A stretch of DNA of 64,000 bases, from positions 51,212,001-51,276,000 of the forward strand of contig CM075978.1 in assembly GCA_038087875.1 (NCBI GenBank). The letters are read 5' to 3'. This stretch comes from Malacoraja senta (lineage: Eukaryota). The position numbers were made by a program, and so were the translations under genes. Under the pieces are notes generated by a model. The model made no database searches and had not been told where the DNA came from. It saw nothing but the letters and a program-made list of their open reading frames with translations. Positions 1-14,157 of this stretch are shown here, in pieces (the first letter of the stretch is position 1; every line of letters starts with the position of its first letter).

Positions 1-162
1 CCCTCCTAATACCAGTCTGGCAATGAAAAATAAAATCAACCAAACTCTCTGTGATGGTCTTGATGAGTGAATGACTGAACCTGCCAGCCGTTAAAGTCTC
101 TATCACAATGGACCTGGGGCTCATGAGAACATTCAATTTGTTCAGCTAGGCCAAGGGAAATT

Positions 163-227
163 TAGACAATAGACAATAAGTGCAGGAGTAGGTCATACGG
201 CCCTTCAAGCCAGCACCGCCATTCAAT
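163..227 (-). mobile_element. CR1 LINE 3' end fragment
   Basis: Reverse complement of the CR1 terminus with (CTATTGT)n tail also seen at 12641..12877. Confidence 0.6.
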
Positions 228-1676
228 CATCCTTTTTTTGAGGATTAACAATTTTATTTTAGTATTTTGCTCAAGGTTCTATCAAGTGCTTCTGAGAAAT
301 TCAAATCTCTATAACTACACAATGTTGCCATGATCAGCAGGTGGGTCCTGATATTATTTTACAGAGAATGACATCTCAAAAGTCAATACCAAATGCTTTT
401 TTTTTAAATTATAAAAAATACCCCTACATTATTTATATGACTAGCAAGATGGCAATATCCCTCTATCATTCTAAAGTGTTTTTTTCTGTGCTTCATCTAA
501 AGTCTTCATATCCTTGCTAAAGTGTGAAGACTAGATTAAGACTAAATTTCATCTGCATTTAAAAAGTGACTCAACACAATTTATTTGCAATAGTGCTGTC
601 TCCCAATTTACAATGGCCAGCATCTTGTAAGACTTTTGAAAACTGATTCCTCAATCTATTCTGTCATATTTGAAGACTATATCTCAATATCTCCAGGTCT
701 GTTTGTCCCTAAACCTGCCTTTAGAATTGTTCCCTTAATGTAGCCCTTGTTTGTTCCTATCAAAGCACATCACTCCATTAAGTTGCAAATGCAAGTGGCC
801 ACCCATTCCATCTGCCTGCCAATGCCTTCGTTGTAAGCCATAGATGGAAGGAAGTAGAGCAGAATTTTGATTTAACTTTTGTTGAGAAATCTATAGTTTA
901 TAACATGGCTATTTTGCCTTCTCTCACTGCACCTTGATTTATATTCCCAGCTTCTGGTGCATCTCCTATTAACACCTGTGCAGATTGTTGAACTTATAAT
1001 ATTGTGTTTGCTTGGGTATATGATCAGCTATCAAGAAAACATTCAGATTTGCAGCTTGATTGTGTTTGCAAGTACGTATTTATATTGCAGTCAATACAAT
1101 TTAAACGAGTTTATTTAAAAAAATACAAATTTAATGTTTTTTTGCATGTATTAAACATTTTTTGCTTTGGCATAATTAGGATTCAAAAGTTAATAAACTA
1201 GAATATATGTCAACCTATTAACATAGAACCAGTGGTCTTCATACTGGTCTCTCAATACAGGACATCTCCCACTTCACTGCAAGATCCATTGTGTGCACTG
1301 AATTGTTAGTTTGTTAAATATAATGTATCCCATCCTGTATCTGTGCTGAAAATAACAACATACAGTACACAGGATGAACTAAATTATGACAATTATTATT
1401 ATTGAATGGATTATTTAGGATTGGACACCAGCTAACTTGGCAGAGGTTGGCCTATTGTCTAAAAAATGTTTGTTGCTTTAAAAATTCTCTGCCTTCTGTT
1501 TTTTTTATTGGTACTATTCTGTGCCTCATTTGATGGGTTGTATACATAAATTTTGCAACCTAAAACTGCATGAATATCCAAACTTCTACTGTTGGTATGC
1601 TTTTGTGTTTCTATATTAACCAGTGCATGGTCAACTCTGTTAGGTCAATGTTTGCTCTCGTTGTCTTTTGATGTGA

Positions 1677-1925
<249 letters not shown>

Positions 1926-2567
1926 TAATATTATATTCTGTTATAAGCAATTGGAAATGAGATAGTATTCCTTTTGAGGAATGACTTTAGTCAACTGAAA
2001 ATTAAAACCTGCAACATATGTACACCTCAACATCAGCAGTGATGTCCAAATACGGCATTTACTTAAATAGTTAAATGTGTTTACTGCAATAATATTTTGG
2101 GGTGCAAAATTCATCCCAAACATTTTAAGGATATACTATCTCTTTAAATTGCTAATTTGAACTTTGCATGCACATGAAAAGACAGTGGAGTTTTTTGAAT
2201 ATTTCAGTAGCACAAATGTTTGATGAATTACAATGTTCTCCAGATTTGCTAAGTGTTGATTTTCCTTTGCATGACCTACCCTGGATTTTTGAGATCATTC
2301 ACTATGGATATCCAACACATTTTCTTCAGTGGTACAAACTGAACGATGCAATACAAATGCAAGAGAAATGCTTCAGAAATATCGCAAAGGAAATGTCCTG
2401 ATGTTTGGAATGGTTGGAAACTCACCATAAAATCAAGAATTAAATAGTGACCTAGATTATCTTTTGTCCTAGAATTACAGAAATTATTTGTTCATTGGCA
2501 ATTTGCACACGAAACAAAAACATAGAAGGTTGTTAGACCACCAATAACTAAAGGAAATCCCCAAATA

Positions 2568-2582
<15 letters not shown>

Positions 2583-2599
<17 letters not shown>

Positions 2600-4996
2600 A
2601 ATTTTTATTTATTAGAAGTACATTACATTACAACCACATACATTAATACTCGTCATTTATATCTTCTTACAATTAATGTACTCCCTTTATTTATTTTTTT
2701 ACACTAGAAAAAGAAAAGATTGAAAGAGAGAAGAAAGTGAAGGAAAAAGTGCAAGTGTAGAAAAGTGTAGAAAATGTAACAACAAAAGAGGACGAAGACC
2801 CTATAAGAGCGAAATTAAAAACAAAAAGAAAAAGAGTTAAGAAATAGGCCCTAAGAAAAGAAAACAGAAAGAGAAAAAAAAAAGAAACAAATGTTTTTTT
2901 TTTGAGCATCACGTAAATAGGACATACCAACTCTTCAACTATCATCCCCCCTTACCTGACCTCAATTTTTTTTTTTTTTTTAAAGTACTTTTGCACCCTA
3001 TGTTTGTAATAATTCTATAAATGCAGACCACGTCAGGTGGAAGTGATCTGGTTTACCTGCTAGGAGGAGTCTTATCTCTTCTAGGTGTAATGTTTCAAAC
3101 ATATTTGAAATCCACATATTTATAGTTGGTATTGGAGCCTTCTTCCAAAATTTTAGAATTAGCTTTTTTCCAGTTATTAACCCATAGTCCATTAATTTCT
3201 TTTGAAACACATTTAGTTCTGGATCATCTTCCGTTATTCCGAAGATAATCCATTCTGCTTTGGGTATCAGTCTTGTTTTGCTTTTTTTTTTTATTTTTTT
3301 TTTTTTTTTTTAAGCTAAATAGAACTAAAGAGANNNNNNNNNNNNNNNNNNNNNNNNNNNNNNNNNNNNNNNNNNNNNNNNNNNNNNNNNNNNNNNNNNN
3401 NNNNNNNNNNNNNNNNNNNNNNNNNNNNNNNNNNNNNNNNNNNNNNNNNNNNNNNNNNNNNAGAAGATAGTTAAAGAAGAATGGAAAAATTTATTAAAAT
3501 AGAAAACTTCATTCGAGATATATTCGTACATTTCTAGATATAGCGTTTCATCCATTCTTTAGCCCGGGTGTTCCGAAGATAATCCATTCTGCTTTGGGTA
3601 TCAGTCTTGTTTTAAATAAGTTTGTAAAGATTTCAAAAATTTCATTCCAAAATTTTTGAATTTTTGTACAGAAGACAAATGAGTGCGGATTGGGATTGAC
3701 ATTTATCACAAATAGATGATACGTTTGGGAAAATTTTATGAATTTTAGATTTCGAATAATATAATCTATGTAAAATTTTAAATTGTATTAAAGTGTGTCT
3801 TACATTAATCGAGCATTTATGCACGTTTAATAAGTATTCATTCCAACTTTCCTTTGAAATTTTAATAGCTAACTCTTGTTCCCAGTCTCTTCTGATACCC
3901 TCCGTAGATGGTATTTGTGCATTTAAGATAATATTATACAAATATGATATTAAGTTTGCTGATTCCGCTTTTATCTGCATTGCCTCGTCCAGTACATCTG
4001 CTGGGTTATTATGATGATCTTTTGTATATTTTTTCAAATAGTCGCATATTTGAAAGTATTTAAAATATTGATTATTTCCGAGTTTATATTTTATTTGTAA
4101 TTGTTGAAATGAAAGTAATTTTCCAGTTTCATACAAGTCACCAAGCGTTTTAATTCCTAGTCTATCCCATTGTGTATAAGCTTTATCTATAATAGAAGGA
4201 CTAAACGAAGGGTTATTGACTATAGGTAATAAAAGTGATAAGTTTCTTAATTTTAAATTTTGTTTTATTTGTTTCCAAATACGGATTGTACTATGAATAA
4301 TTGGGTTCTTATTATAGTTTATGTTATTCAATTTCATTGGAGAGAGGAGGATCGCTCCAATGTTTCTAGAGGAGCAATCCTCTTTCTCCATTACAATCCA
4401 GTCTACTTGCTGGGCGGAGTTATCCATCAGTTGAATCATGTTTTTAATATTTACTGACCAATAATAATACATAAAATTAGGTAGTGCTAGACCCCCCAAT
4501 ACTTTAGGTTTATTCAGATGGGTTTTTTGTATTCTATGTGATTTATAGTCCCATATAAAATTAGTGATATCTGAGTCGAGTTTTTTAAAAAACTTCTTAG
4601 GTAAGTATATAGGAATTGATTGAAATAGGTATAAAATTTGTGGTAAAAAGATCATTTTTATTGCGTTTATTCAGCCTATTAAAGACATCGGGAGCGTTTT
4701 CCAGAATTTAATTAATGTATTCAGTTTATTAAGTAGGGGGCCAAAATTTGCCCCGAACATACCTTGATATGTTCTGGTAATTTCGATTCCCAAATATTTA
4801 AATTTTTCTGTAGCTATTTTAAAAGGGAATTTTAAAAGATGTGTTGAATCTTTTGGTTTTATTGACATAATTTCACTTTTATTCCAATTTATTCTATATC
4901 CAGAAAAAGATCCGAAGTCTTCAATTAAATTTAATATATTTGGTATAGTGATTTGAGGTTTTGTAATATACAATAATATATCATCCGCGTATAAAG
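2583..4996 (-). mobile_element. 5'-truncated L1-clade LINE (ORF2 RT/C-terminal part, 3' UTR, poly-A)
   Basis: Minus strand reads LYADDILLY at about 4995. ORFs 4671..4973 and 3642..4655 give FSGYRINWNKS, KYLGI and GGLALPNFMYYYWS; ORF 2998..3210 continues the C-terminus. Poly-T at about 2583..2600; direct repeat CCCAAATAATAT at 2560..2571 and 4997..5008. Confidence 0.9.
3334..3461. other. Assembly gap (128 N)
   Basis: Run of n. Confidence 1.
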
Positions 4997-7121
4997 CCCA
5001 AATAATATTTTATGGTGTAGAATGATGAAATGAAAATTATTGAAGAGCACCTTGATTTCTGGATTTCAGGTCTCAAAATATTTGTATCTAGGCCAACACT
5101 TTTTCCTTAATGACAGGAAAAACAAGTTTTACCCTGTTTAGATATTGTAGTTTGTCTCCTTGCTGTTTTTAAATTGGGGTGAAGCATTTCCTACATTACA
5201 GCAGTAACTCTTGTTGTAGTAGCTCAAAGAATGTTTGGACATCCATAAAATGCTATATCAGTACAAGTTTTTTCATAAGTATCAACTGCCCCAAATATAC
5301 AAGAACAAATCTCTTGTATGGAGCCTTGTATTACTGCTTATCCTGTCATAATTTATGGAATTTGTTTGATGCTGCTACCTTGAATTGAAATACACTGATT
5401 TCCTATTGGACACTGAATTTGGTGTGTATGTAGCTGGGTGCGATGATATTGGGAGCTGTGCTTGACTCGCTGTAGAATCAAGTAGCTATTGGTAATCCTG
5501 GCTAGGGTTACCTATAGCTACTTGAATATCCATTTCAAGAGTCAAGCCTCATCATCTAAGACAGTGTAGTATGCAGGTGTTCCAGTGTCCCATGGCAGGC
5601 CACTGACTCCAGGGCAGTGAAAGTGTTGCATGGCCCAGCTGACTTCCAGAGGGGACAAAAGCAAATCCTATTCGGGATGTGGAGGTGAGTGTACTGATGA
5701 TTGGAGTGTGAGTTGACAACATAAATTCAACAAGCATGGCAAACATATTCAGTTCAAGGGAATGCATCTCAGGAAGGTTACAAAATATCTTTTCACGAGA
5801 AAAGGAAATGGTGAGGCAGTTTTGTGCATTCAAGCACAAGTCACCATAGTTTATAACTTATTTCTAGCCCTTACTTATGTACAGACATTTGGGAAACCAG
5901 TTTGATGGATTTGCCAATTGTGGCGGGGCTACAAGTGATTGTTCAGGACAAGAGCTGGAATCTAGCCACCTCAAAGAAAATGTCCAGTTAACATGTCAAT
6001 GTCCATTTTGCAAATCCTGTGGAGGGACATACCATCTGGGCCAGCAGCATTGTCCTTTTACAAACCAACAAAAGCATTTAAAACCTCATCTACAGTGAAA
6101 TAGTCATACAGCATGGAAGCAGGCTCTTTAGCCCAACTCATTTATGCCGGCCAAGATAGCCCATCTGAGCAAGTCCAATTTGCCTGCGTTTGGCACATAT
6201 ACCTCTAAACCTTGTACATGTTTCTCGCTGAACCTCATATCCATGTACATGTCCAAGTGTTTTTTAAATGCTGCTATAGTACCTGTCTCAACAACCTCGT
6301 CATCAATAATACATCAACTTCTTCCTAAAATAATATCTTACCAATGCACAATATAACTGAAGCACAACCTATCTAGTTTTACAGTCACTTGCTGTACTTG
6401 AATACCTGCCTTTGCAACTTATGGACGGGTGCACCAAGATTTTTTTAACCTCAACTCTGCAATTTCGATCACGTGTTTCCTTATTTTTGTACAAAAACCC
6501 CCAATATCTCATTTCTCACAATGGACAAAGATCTGGCACATAGAGCATATTCAAATAAGATACCTATGTTCAATTGTAGCAACATATCCTCATTTTAACT
6601 TCCTATCCTCAATGTGTGGGAGCATGTTTCTCAACCATCCCCATTGTGGGAAGCAGTTACTCAAAGTCCTCGGTTTAATCTTGATAATACCAAAGGTTTT
6701 CAAAGAATTGAAACTATAAATTCAATCAATACATTATTTCTCTGTCAGCCCACCAGTTAATTTTCCAGCCTTGAAATGAGCTGCTTAATATTAAAAAATA
6801 ATGTTCTAACTTCCATTGATTTTGATGATGTGGTAGTTACCCAATAATCCAAAATGACCTATTCAAATTGTCTGGCACTTGTCATAGGTCACATTCATTA
6901 AAAAATAATTGGAAATCTTGAGGATAAAATTGATGCATTTATTGGGTATAATTGAATGCAATTTGTATATTTTTCTGGGCACAGGATAATGCACCTAACT
7001 TGCACCTGCAGCCTGGCTACTGTTCAATTGATATTGTTCTTGTGAGTCTTGGAATGAGATTTGGGTTAACGTCCCTGTGCATATTTCAAGAACTTTCCAC
7101 AAAAGACATTGAGCAATCTCT

Positions 7122-7335
7122 GGTAGACAAAAATGCTGGAGAAACTCAGCGGGTGAGGCAGCATCTATGGAGCAAGGAAATAGGCACAATTTGGGTCGTA
7201 AACCTTCTTCAGACTGATGTTGGGGGGGGGGGCGGTGTGGGGGCGGGATGAAGAAAGGAAGAGGTGGAGCCAGTGGGCTGAGGGAGAGCTGAGAAGGGGA
7301 GGAAAGTATAGGGACTACCTGAAATTAGAGAAGTC
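7122..7335 (-). mobile_element. Penelope-like element 3' end fragment
   Basis: Reverse complement gives the ORF end DFSNFR* plus a 3' UTR matching 61283..61530; hammerhead motif degenerate. Confidence 0.85.
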
Positions 7336-10300
7336 TCTGATTATTTTTTTTCTCCCCAGCCTTCAGTGGACTTAATAACAGTCTAGAAAAATTGCAGATG
7401 GGGAAGTTTTTATATCGCCCATTTCCATCCCTGGAACTATTCTGGTAAACCTTTAAAAGTGTGCTTGCCAGAACAGGGCAGTCTACCTGTAGACTAAACA
7501 AAGGTTCACTTTAACCTCTCTACTTTTTACTCATTATCCTTTACTATGAAATCCAAAATCCCATATGATTTGCTTACTGCTTTGTTAGTTCTTTAGTTCT
7601 GTGTCACTGCCCATATTGACATTCTCTCCCCTTCTGCCATAGTGCATTACCTTGCACTTCCCTGTATTAAATTTCATCTGAAAACCCCAGTCTTCCCGAG
7701 AGCACACCCCAGTTCTAGACAATTGAACTATGTAAACAAAAATCAGTTGGAATTTATCCAGTCAGGCCCTCTAAATATTTTGCATATCTCCGTGTGATTC
7801 TTCCAATCACTCTGGCAATCCCTTCATTCCAAGAAACAATTTTATGATGCACTGACTCTTCTTGAGGTACAGAAACTAAAACTGCAGTGTATTCGACATT
7901 TGGACGCATCAAATCCATTCTCAACCTCAGTTGGGCTTTGTTATTTTTATCTTCCTACCCAAAACTAGTTCAAACAAGCCTGCAGCTTGCCCATGCTCCA
8001 AAGCATACTCTAACACTTTGACAGCATGGCTTTTGGTGTATTAATGCTGTGCACAGAGGGCATGCCATTGTCATCAGGGGAGCCGTTTGATGTATTGTGG
8101 TGGCACAGGTGAAGTTCCACAAAATGATATAATCTCAGCATTTGCCATGACTCTGACTGAAACCTTTCTATGGTAACTGCATCTTTGTATTTCGTTCCAG
8201 TGGAGGGCAGGTTTAATGTAGAACATTTGCATGCAGTCAAAAATACACTACTCTTCGGCGAGTCATGCAAAGCTACATGCTTTCTCTGCCTGCTGATCTC
8301 TGGCAAGAAAGAATGAAATATAAAGAGTTCTTTGAAGATCCTCAGTGACTCCGCTTGTGACACACTGGATGTCATATCGGAAAATCTCTAGCTCCAGTGG
8401 AGAACTGACTAAATGCATACAAGTTCAATTCTAACGTTTTTTAGCAATACATTCTTCCCCTGTTCTGAAGATTTATTTGTGGTAATAACAGATGATAAAT
8501 TTAAGTGGGGCTGAGCTTTTGAAGTGAAAGGCTTACATGTTGAACCACATTGACTCGAGGTGGTTAAATTACTCTCTACAACCCCTTCGTGGACATGGTT
8601 TCCAACTGGGAACCCTTCCCTCCCTCCTCGTCCATCTGTTCATTTTGCTGCAGCAAGACCTTTGTACACAGCCTTTGTGCATTCTCACATTTGTAATCTT
8701 TTCTAATAGGATGCAATTTCTGTTTTGTGTTAAATATCTGAAGTCAGGGCATGGTCCACCAACGCATGCCATATTACTCTTCATAGACTAATTGGAACAA
8801 TGACAAAAAAAAGCTCAGCTATTTACAGAATCATTTTAAACAACCAGAAATTATCATCCAAAAACGATTTCCTTTTTTGCTTTATTGAAGTATTTGCTTT
8901 GATGTAGTTAAACCAAATCCTTTGGAAACGTTGTGTCATTGACCCCTTCTTAGACTTTTTCGTTACATGGGCATTAAGGCCATAAAAAATATTCATCTCT
9001 GATAGCCATCTCACATTTTCTTAGTCTGCACATTGATTCAAAAAGAATGTGAGGTTTGCACACCAAATACTGATGAAAATGCTTGCTGCCCGATGCTTAC
9101 ATTTTCCTAAGTTACTACGCTTCTGCTGTATTGGATATCTGCTTTCTGTCCTTCCTTGATGCTATTAACATTCCTGCTTTTAATCCTGGCAGAAAACATA
9201 TATTTCATGGATCAATTTTTAATTTGAGGCATTAGTTCAAATTAGCAATGTTTAGATGCAATTAAGCAACCAGAGATGTTTTCCTGTTTGGTTGTTCTCC
9301 TTAAGGTGACAAATCATAAGTCCACAAAAAAGCACTCCGCACCCCCGAATGAGTGACCCACCCTTTTGCAACGGGAGCTTTGTATAAACTCCACGTCAAA
9401 TCTCTGAACAAATTTACTTTTAGTTATTTACCAAGAAGGTTGTCATTGACTGTTATTTTTAATTTTTTAATAGAAAATATGATAGAAAAAGGATGTTATA
9501 TCAAATGAATGTGTATTTGTGTGGCGCTGCATGAAAGGAGAGTTCTCCTTTGTTCGAAAGCTTTTGATGAAACGGGCACCAAATGAACCTATGTGTGACA
9601 AAGAAGAGTTAATGGATTGGCAACCATGATACTCTGGCTTTCCATTAAAACCACATTCAAAGGTGGTTGCAGTATACAATCTATCCTTGATATTGGACTC
9701 TTTATAACGGATTTTGATTATGGCGAGCGGAGCATCCCTACGGTAATCATCACCACTGTCTCTTTAAGAACATAGGCTGCTAGTTGCATTGCGGGATGCC
9801 ATTCAAATTGATAAGCATTTGCTTCGATCGACACTTGTGCAATGATACTCTATTAAGCAATGTCACAAACAGCCTTTAGTATTTTTAGCTTGCAGTAACC
9901 AATATAAATTCATAGTTGTTACAAAGAACTTTGCATTTGAAAGCAACTTGTTGTTGTTGCACAGAATGACCACCACATGGTTGGAGCGAATCCCTTGCCC
10001 CCCCACCCCCCCCGTGGTCGGTTATAACAAAGGTTATCTGTATGTTATAACATAGCTGACCCATTCTTGCAGTCAAGTTCATGCCGCAAACAAAGTCTGA
10101 TTTGATTCCCAACACATTTTGACTTGCCTTGCTAAAGATGCATGTATAAAAATACATATGGTTTAAGTCATTGGTCCCTGGATATTTAAAACATCAGAAA
10201 ATATAAGTTCTATTGCTATTTTCTCTGCTGCCAGGTATCATGTATTGTATTCTGTAGATGGTGCAAGTGACCAAATTAGCAATGTGACTAAATTAGCAGC

Positions 10301-10840
10301 TCGACGATGGAAAATAAAAGCTGTGTATGAGTGATCCCAGGATACCATCCATGATTTATCTCTCTTCATTCCCAAAGGGAATCAACTGGTTTCTGCTTGG
10401 TGTCTGCTTATGAAACCACAGTGAGACCTGAGAGCAGGAGGGATAAGTGGGACCCATCCACATCTATTCTTTTCATGTTGCACCTTTCACAAATTGTGTA
10501 CTATTCCTGACCATTGTCTCCAAATTATGTTCTTTTTTTGGAAGGAATGCTTCAAAATTATTCCCATCTGTTCAATTTATTTATCATAGAAGTATTTATT
10601 ACTGTAAAACTCCATAGAATAGAATGGCAGTTAAGGAAAGAAAGGATGAGTTTGAAGAATAAGGAGCATAAAACTACTCATGGTATTCAACAAATAAGTT
10701 GCTTTTTTTCTTTAAGTGTCAGATCACTTTGATCAATGTTGTCTACATTTCCTTAAGATAAAGTTAAACTAAAAGATGTTTATAGTACAAAATCCTCCAG
10801 GAATTCTTCAAAATAATTGAAGCCAACACCCTAATTAAGG

Positions 10841-11031
10841 TGTAGGTAAGAACTGCAAATGCTGGTTTAAATCGAAGGTAGATGCAGCATGTCTGGAGAG
10901 AAGGAAGGGTGACGTTTCGAGTCGAGACCCTTCTTCAGACATCAGAAGGGTCTCGACCGAAACGTCGCCCAATCCTTCTCTCCAGTGATGCTGCCTGTCC
11001 CGCTGAGTTACTCCAGCATTTTGTGTCTACC
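10841..11031. mobile_element. Short palindromic Penelope-derived element
   Basis: Inverted arms of the PLE 3' terminus meeting at about 10940. Confidence 0.85.
10907..10940 (-). ncRNA. Minimal hammerhead ribozyme motif (PLE type), intact core
   Basis: Reverse complement GT-CTGAAGA-A-GGGT-CTCG-ACTC-GAAA-CGTC-ACCC: CUGAnGA, stem II, GAAA, palindromic ACGU helix III, GUC cleavage triplet. Confidence 0.75.
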
Positions 11032-12640
11032 ACTAATTTTGGTTGCAGTTAACCCTGAACCTCAACCCCTTTTTCTTCTCTGTTCTCCATTTAGTCTGAT
11101 TCCCTTAGCATACAAAACTCAGTCCCTAAGATGTGTTTATTTTATATATTTAAAACTAAAAGTGTTTATTTTCATAAAGTGCAGGAAAACTGAACGGGGT
11201 TTCAATTTTTGGAACCAACTGTATAGATTTGCAACAAGGTTGTTAAAATTCTCTTGATGGACAAGTTCGATCTAAGCTGACAGTGTAGGCTTTTGTTTTT
11301 AAGATATAGAATTCTATGTTCTTTAATTTGTGAACATATTCTTGTTATTATATTTCTAGTGTTCGTGTCAACTATTTTGCAAACATTACGTTGAATGAAG
11401 TGCTTCTGCTACATTGTTTGATATTGGTATTGATTATATTGCTTCAAGTAACTAATGATTTTGAAATTATGGCAGGAAAGTACATTTACATTGCTTGAAT
11501 TGTTTATTTCTATCATCTTGACACAAAATGATGCACTCTTTGGGCTGAAGGGCATGCATTCTAATAACCCCAGCCGATTAATGTCTTTTGCTTGATCTTT
11601 TAACATTTTTATATTAAGGTGAACCTGAGAAAATATATTGAAAGGTGTAAATGCCTTGCAATTTTTCAAGTCCTCTTGTCGGTGTACTCTGTATCTGAGA
11701 TGGATGTAAAATGCTATCAACAAAAATCATCTGACCTTTTAAATGGGCTTTCGTACTTCGTGCTGCTGTTACTCTTGTTTTTCAAGCATTGCTTTCAAAT
11801 GCCTTTATGCTAAAAATCATTAGTACAGAACTGTAATCTAGATACGTGTGTTCCATTAGAGACATCCTCGGAAAAATAATTGGGCTTTGTTGCCAGGTAG
11901 AAAGAGATAATTACCACATTAGAGTCAACAACGCAAAAGTTGTTTTAGCTCAATGCATTTAAAAAACCTGGCCGACCTCTTTGTGTCATTATCCGTTTTA
12001 AAGATTCTGACATTTATACTTTAAATGTACTTTAAATGACTTGTTTAGCCAATAATTATGCCATTCCTGTGTTATTGATTGAGAAAGCTATTGCCGTGAT
12101 GCTTCCTTTGTGAATTGCACTATTTTTTACATGAATGGCCACATTTTTATACATGGAAAGATTGCCCAGAATTTCTAAAGTAAAACTTAACTGACAAGAT
12201 TATGTGACAGTAGGCAAATTATGTGACAGTGCAGTTAAGTGTAGCCTGAGAACAAAACTAGGAAAGAGGTTTCATAGCCTCCATACTTAATTATGACCTA
12301 GATTGAGGTCAGTTGGCACTGAGTTTATGCCAGCTCATGGAACAATTCCCGCAAAAGTTCACTGTAACTGATTCTCCCTTTTCACTCAGTGTTTTGTAAT
12401 CACTCCATTACAAAGTGTTAGGTGAACCACAAGGCTTTTATTGAAACGTATGCAGAGAGAATAATACATAGTACTGCATTGGTATCATCTTACAGACTGC
12501 CGAGCGAGGGACAAGCAGGGCTGATATCAGTAACTGCATTCCTTACTCGTCCCGGACTGGATTACATAGCATGGTGGAAAGTGTATCATGCATAGTATAT
12601 GTGATGAAGATTATATTGGCAGAGATTAATATGGTTAATC

Positions 12641-12877
12641 TACACCCAGAGAGTTGTGAATCTGTGGAATTCGCTGCCTCAGAAGACAGTGGAGGCCAAT
12701 TCTCTGGATGCTTTCAAGAGAGAGTTAGATAGAGCTCTTAAAGATAGCAGAGTCAGGGGATATGGTGAGAAGGCAGGAACAGGGTACTGAATGTGGATGA
12801 TCAGCAATGTTCACAGTGAATGGCAGTGCTGGCTCGAAAGGCTGAATGCCTACTCCTGCACCTATTGTCTATTGTCT
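12641..12877 (+). mobile_element. CR1 LINE 3' end
   Basis: Encodes QRVVNLWNSLPQKTVEANSLDAFKRELDRAL (CR1 ORF2 end), followed by 3' UTR and CTATTGT repeats. Confidence 0.85.
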
Positions 12878-13207
12878 TTTGAATGGACTTGAAATAAACT
12901 CAAGAGACTATAGTTTTTCTGTTGACTTTCATTTAAAACTTTTGTATATCTAGGAATTGGTTTAACCCCTCCGTTATAAAGCACATCTTCATCCACATCT
13001 GTAATAAGCTTAACCTGCGAGTAAAGATAAAATTCTGACATCTTTGAAACAACATGTCCAACTAACTACTTTAATTAGGAAGAGTGAAAAGAGTGATGGC
13101 CAGTTTTCACTTACTAAAGTCCTAGTTCTTAAATTTGCACAGGAAACAAAAACCAAAAAGATCCCCTATTCTAGAATTTAAATTAACCCCAAAGTCACAG
13201 AACTTGA

Positions 13208-13353
13208 TGTGTAGGAAGGCACTAGACTACAGATGTTGGTTTAAACCGAAGATAGACACAAAATGCTGGAGTAACTCAACGGGACAGGCAACATATCTGA
13301 ATAGAAGGAAATGTTTAGACCCAGTCTCGACCTGAAACGTCACCCATTCCTTC
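13208..13353. mobile_element. Short palindromic Penelope-derived element with 13-nt TSD
   Basis: TCACAGAACTTGA at 13195..13207 and 13354..13366 flank inverted PLE-terminus arms. Confidence 0.8.
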
Positions 13354-14157
13354 TCACAGAACTTGAGTCAATTTACTTGCCAATGTTGTTAGCTCCCTTA
13401 CAGGTCATAGACAACTTGAACTTAATTATGTTTTGTGACTTAAATAATTTAAGTCCTGGACTTGCATTGTTCAGGTTAGTTAAACACTGCTTTTTTCTTC
13501 TGATCTGGCTTTTTTTGCTGGCACACTACTTTGCAGAATGTCTTTTGTAATCCAAATCCCAGAATGTGACACAGCACCATCAAGATTCAATGCTGTTTTT
13601 GCTATGACTCTTGAAAGGGCAGGTGTAAACTGTAGACAAGTAACGTCCTTAAGTTATGATTTCTTTATTTTTAATGAAATTAATATCCCTAAATTTAAGC
13701 ATTAATGGGCTTTTTCATTTAATACACTTCAATAAAATGATATGCTAGTACTGTAATGGCTCTTTGGCAAGATTCAAGGATCTGTATTTCTGCAATTGCC
13801 ACTTATTTACTCAATCCTGTTAACTGGTTTCTTTTCTGCTATTTTTCCCATATACTTATTATTTTGATATTTTCTTTTAAGCTTGTGTTAAACTTGTGCA
13901 CATATGACTCGGCTGCATTTAATCATACGTTACTTTCTACGTGTAGGCCCTTCTTCCATTGACATGAGCAGTGACATTTTTGTTGTTTTTATGAGACTTT
14001 TTATAATGTTTTGAAGATTTCAGACGTATCAAATATCCACATTTATTTGCACAAATTAGCTTTTATTTATCACGTTGGACGAGAACAAATTCAGGTATTT
14101 TACTATCAAACACAGATTTATTATACCCATTAATAAATTAAGATATTATTATTGAAA

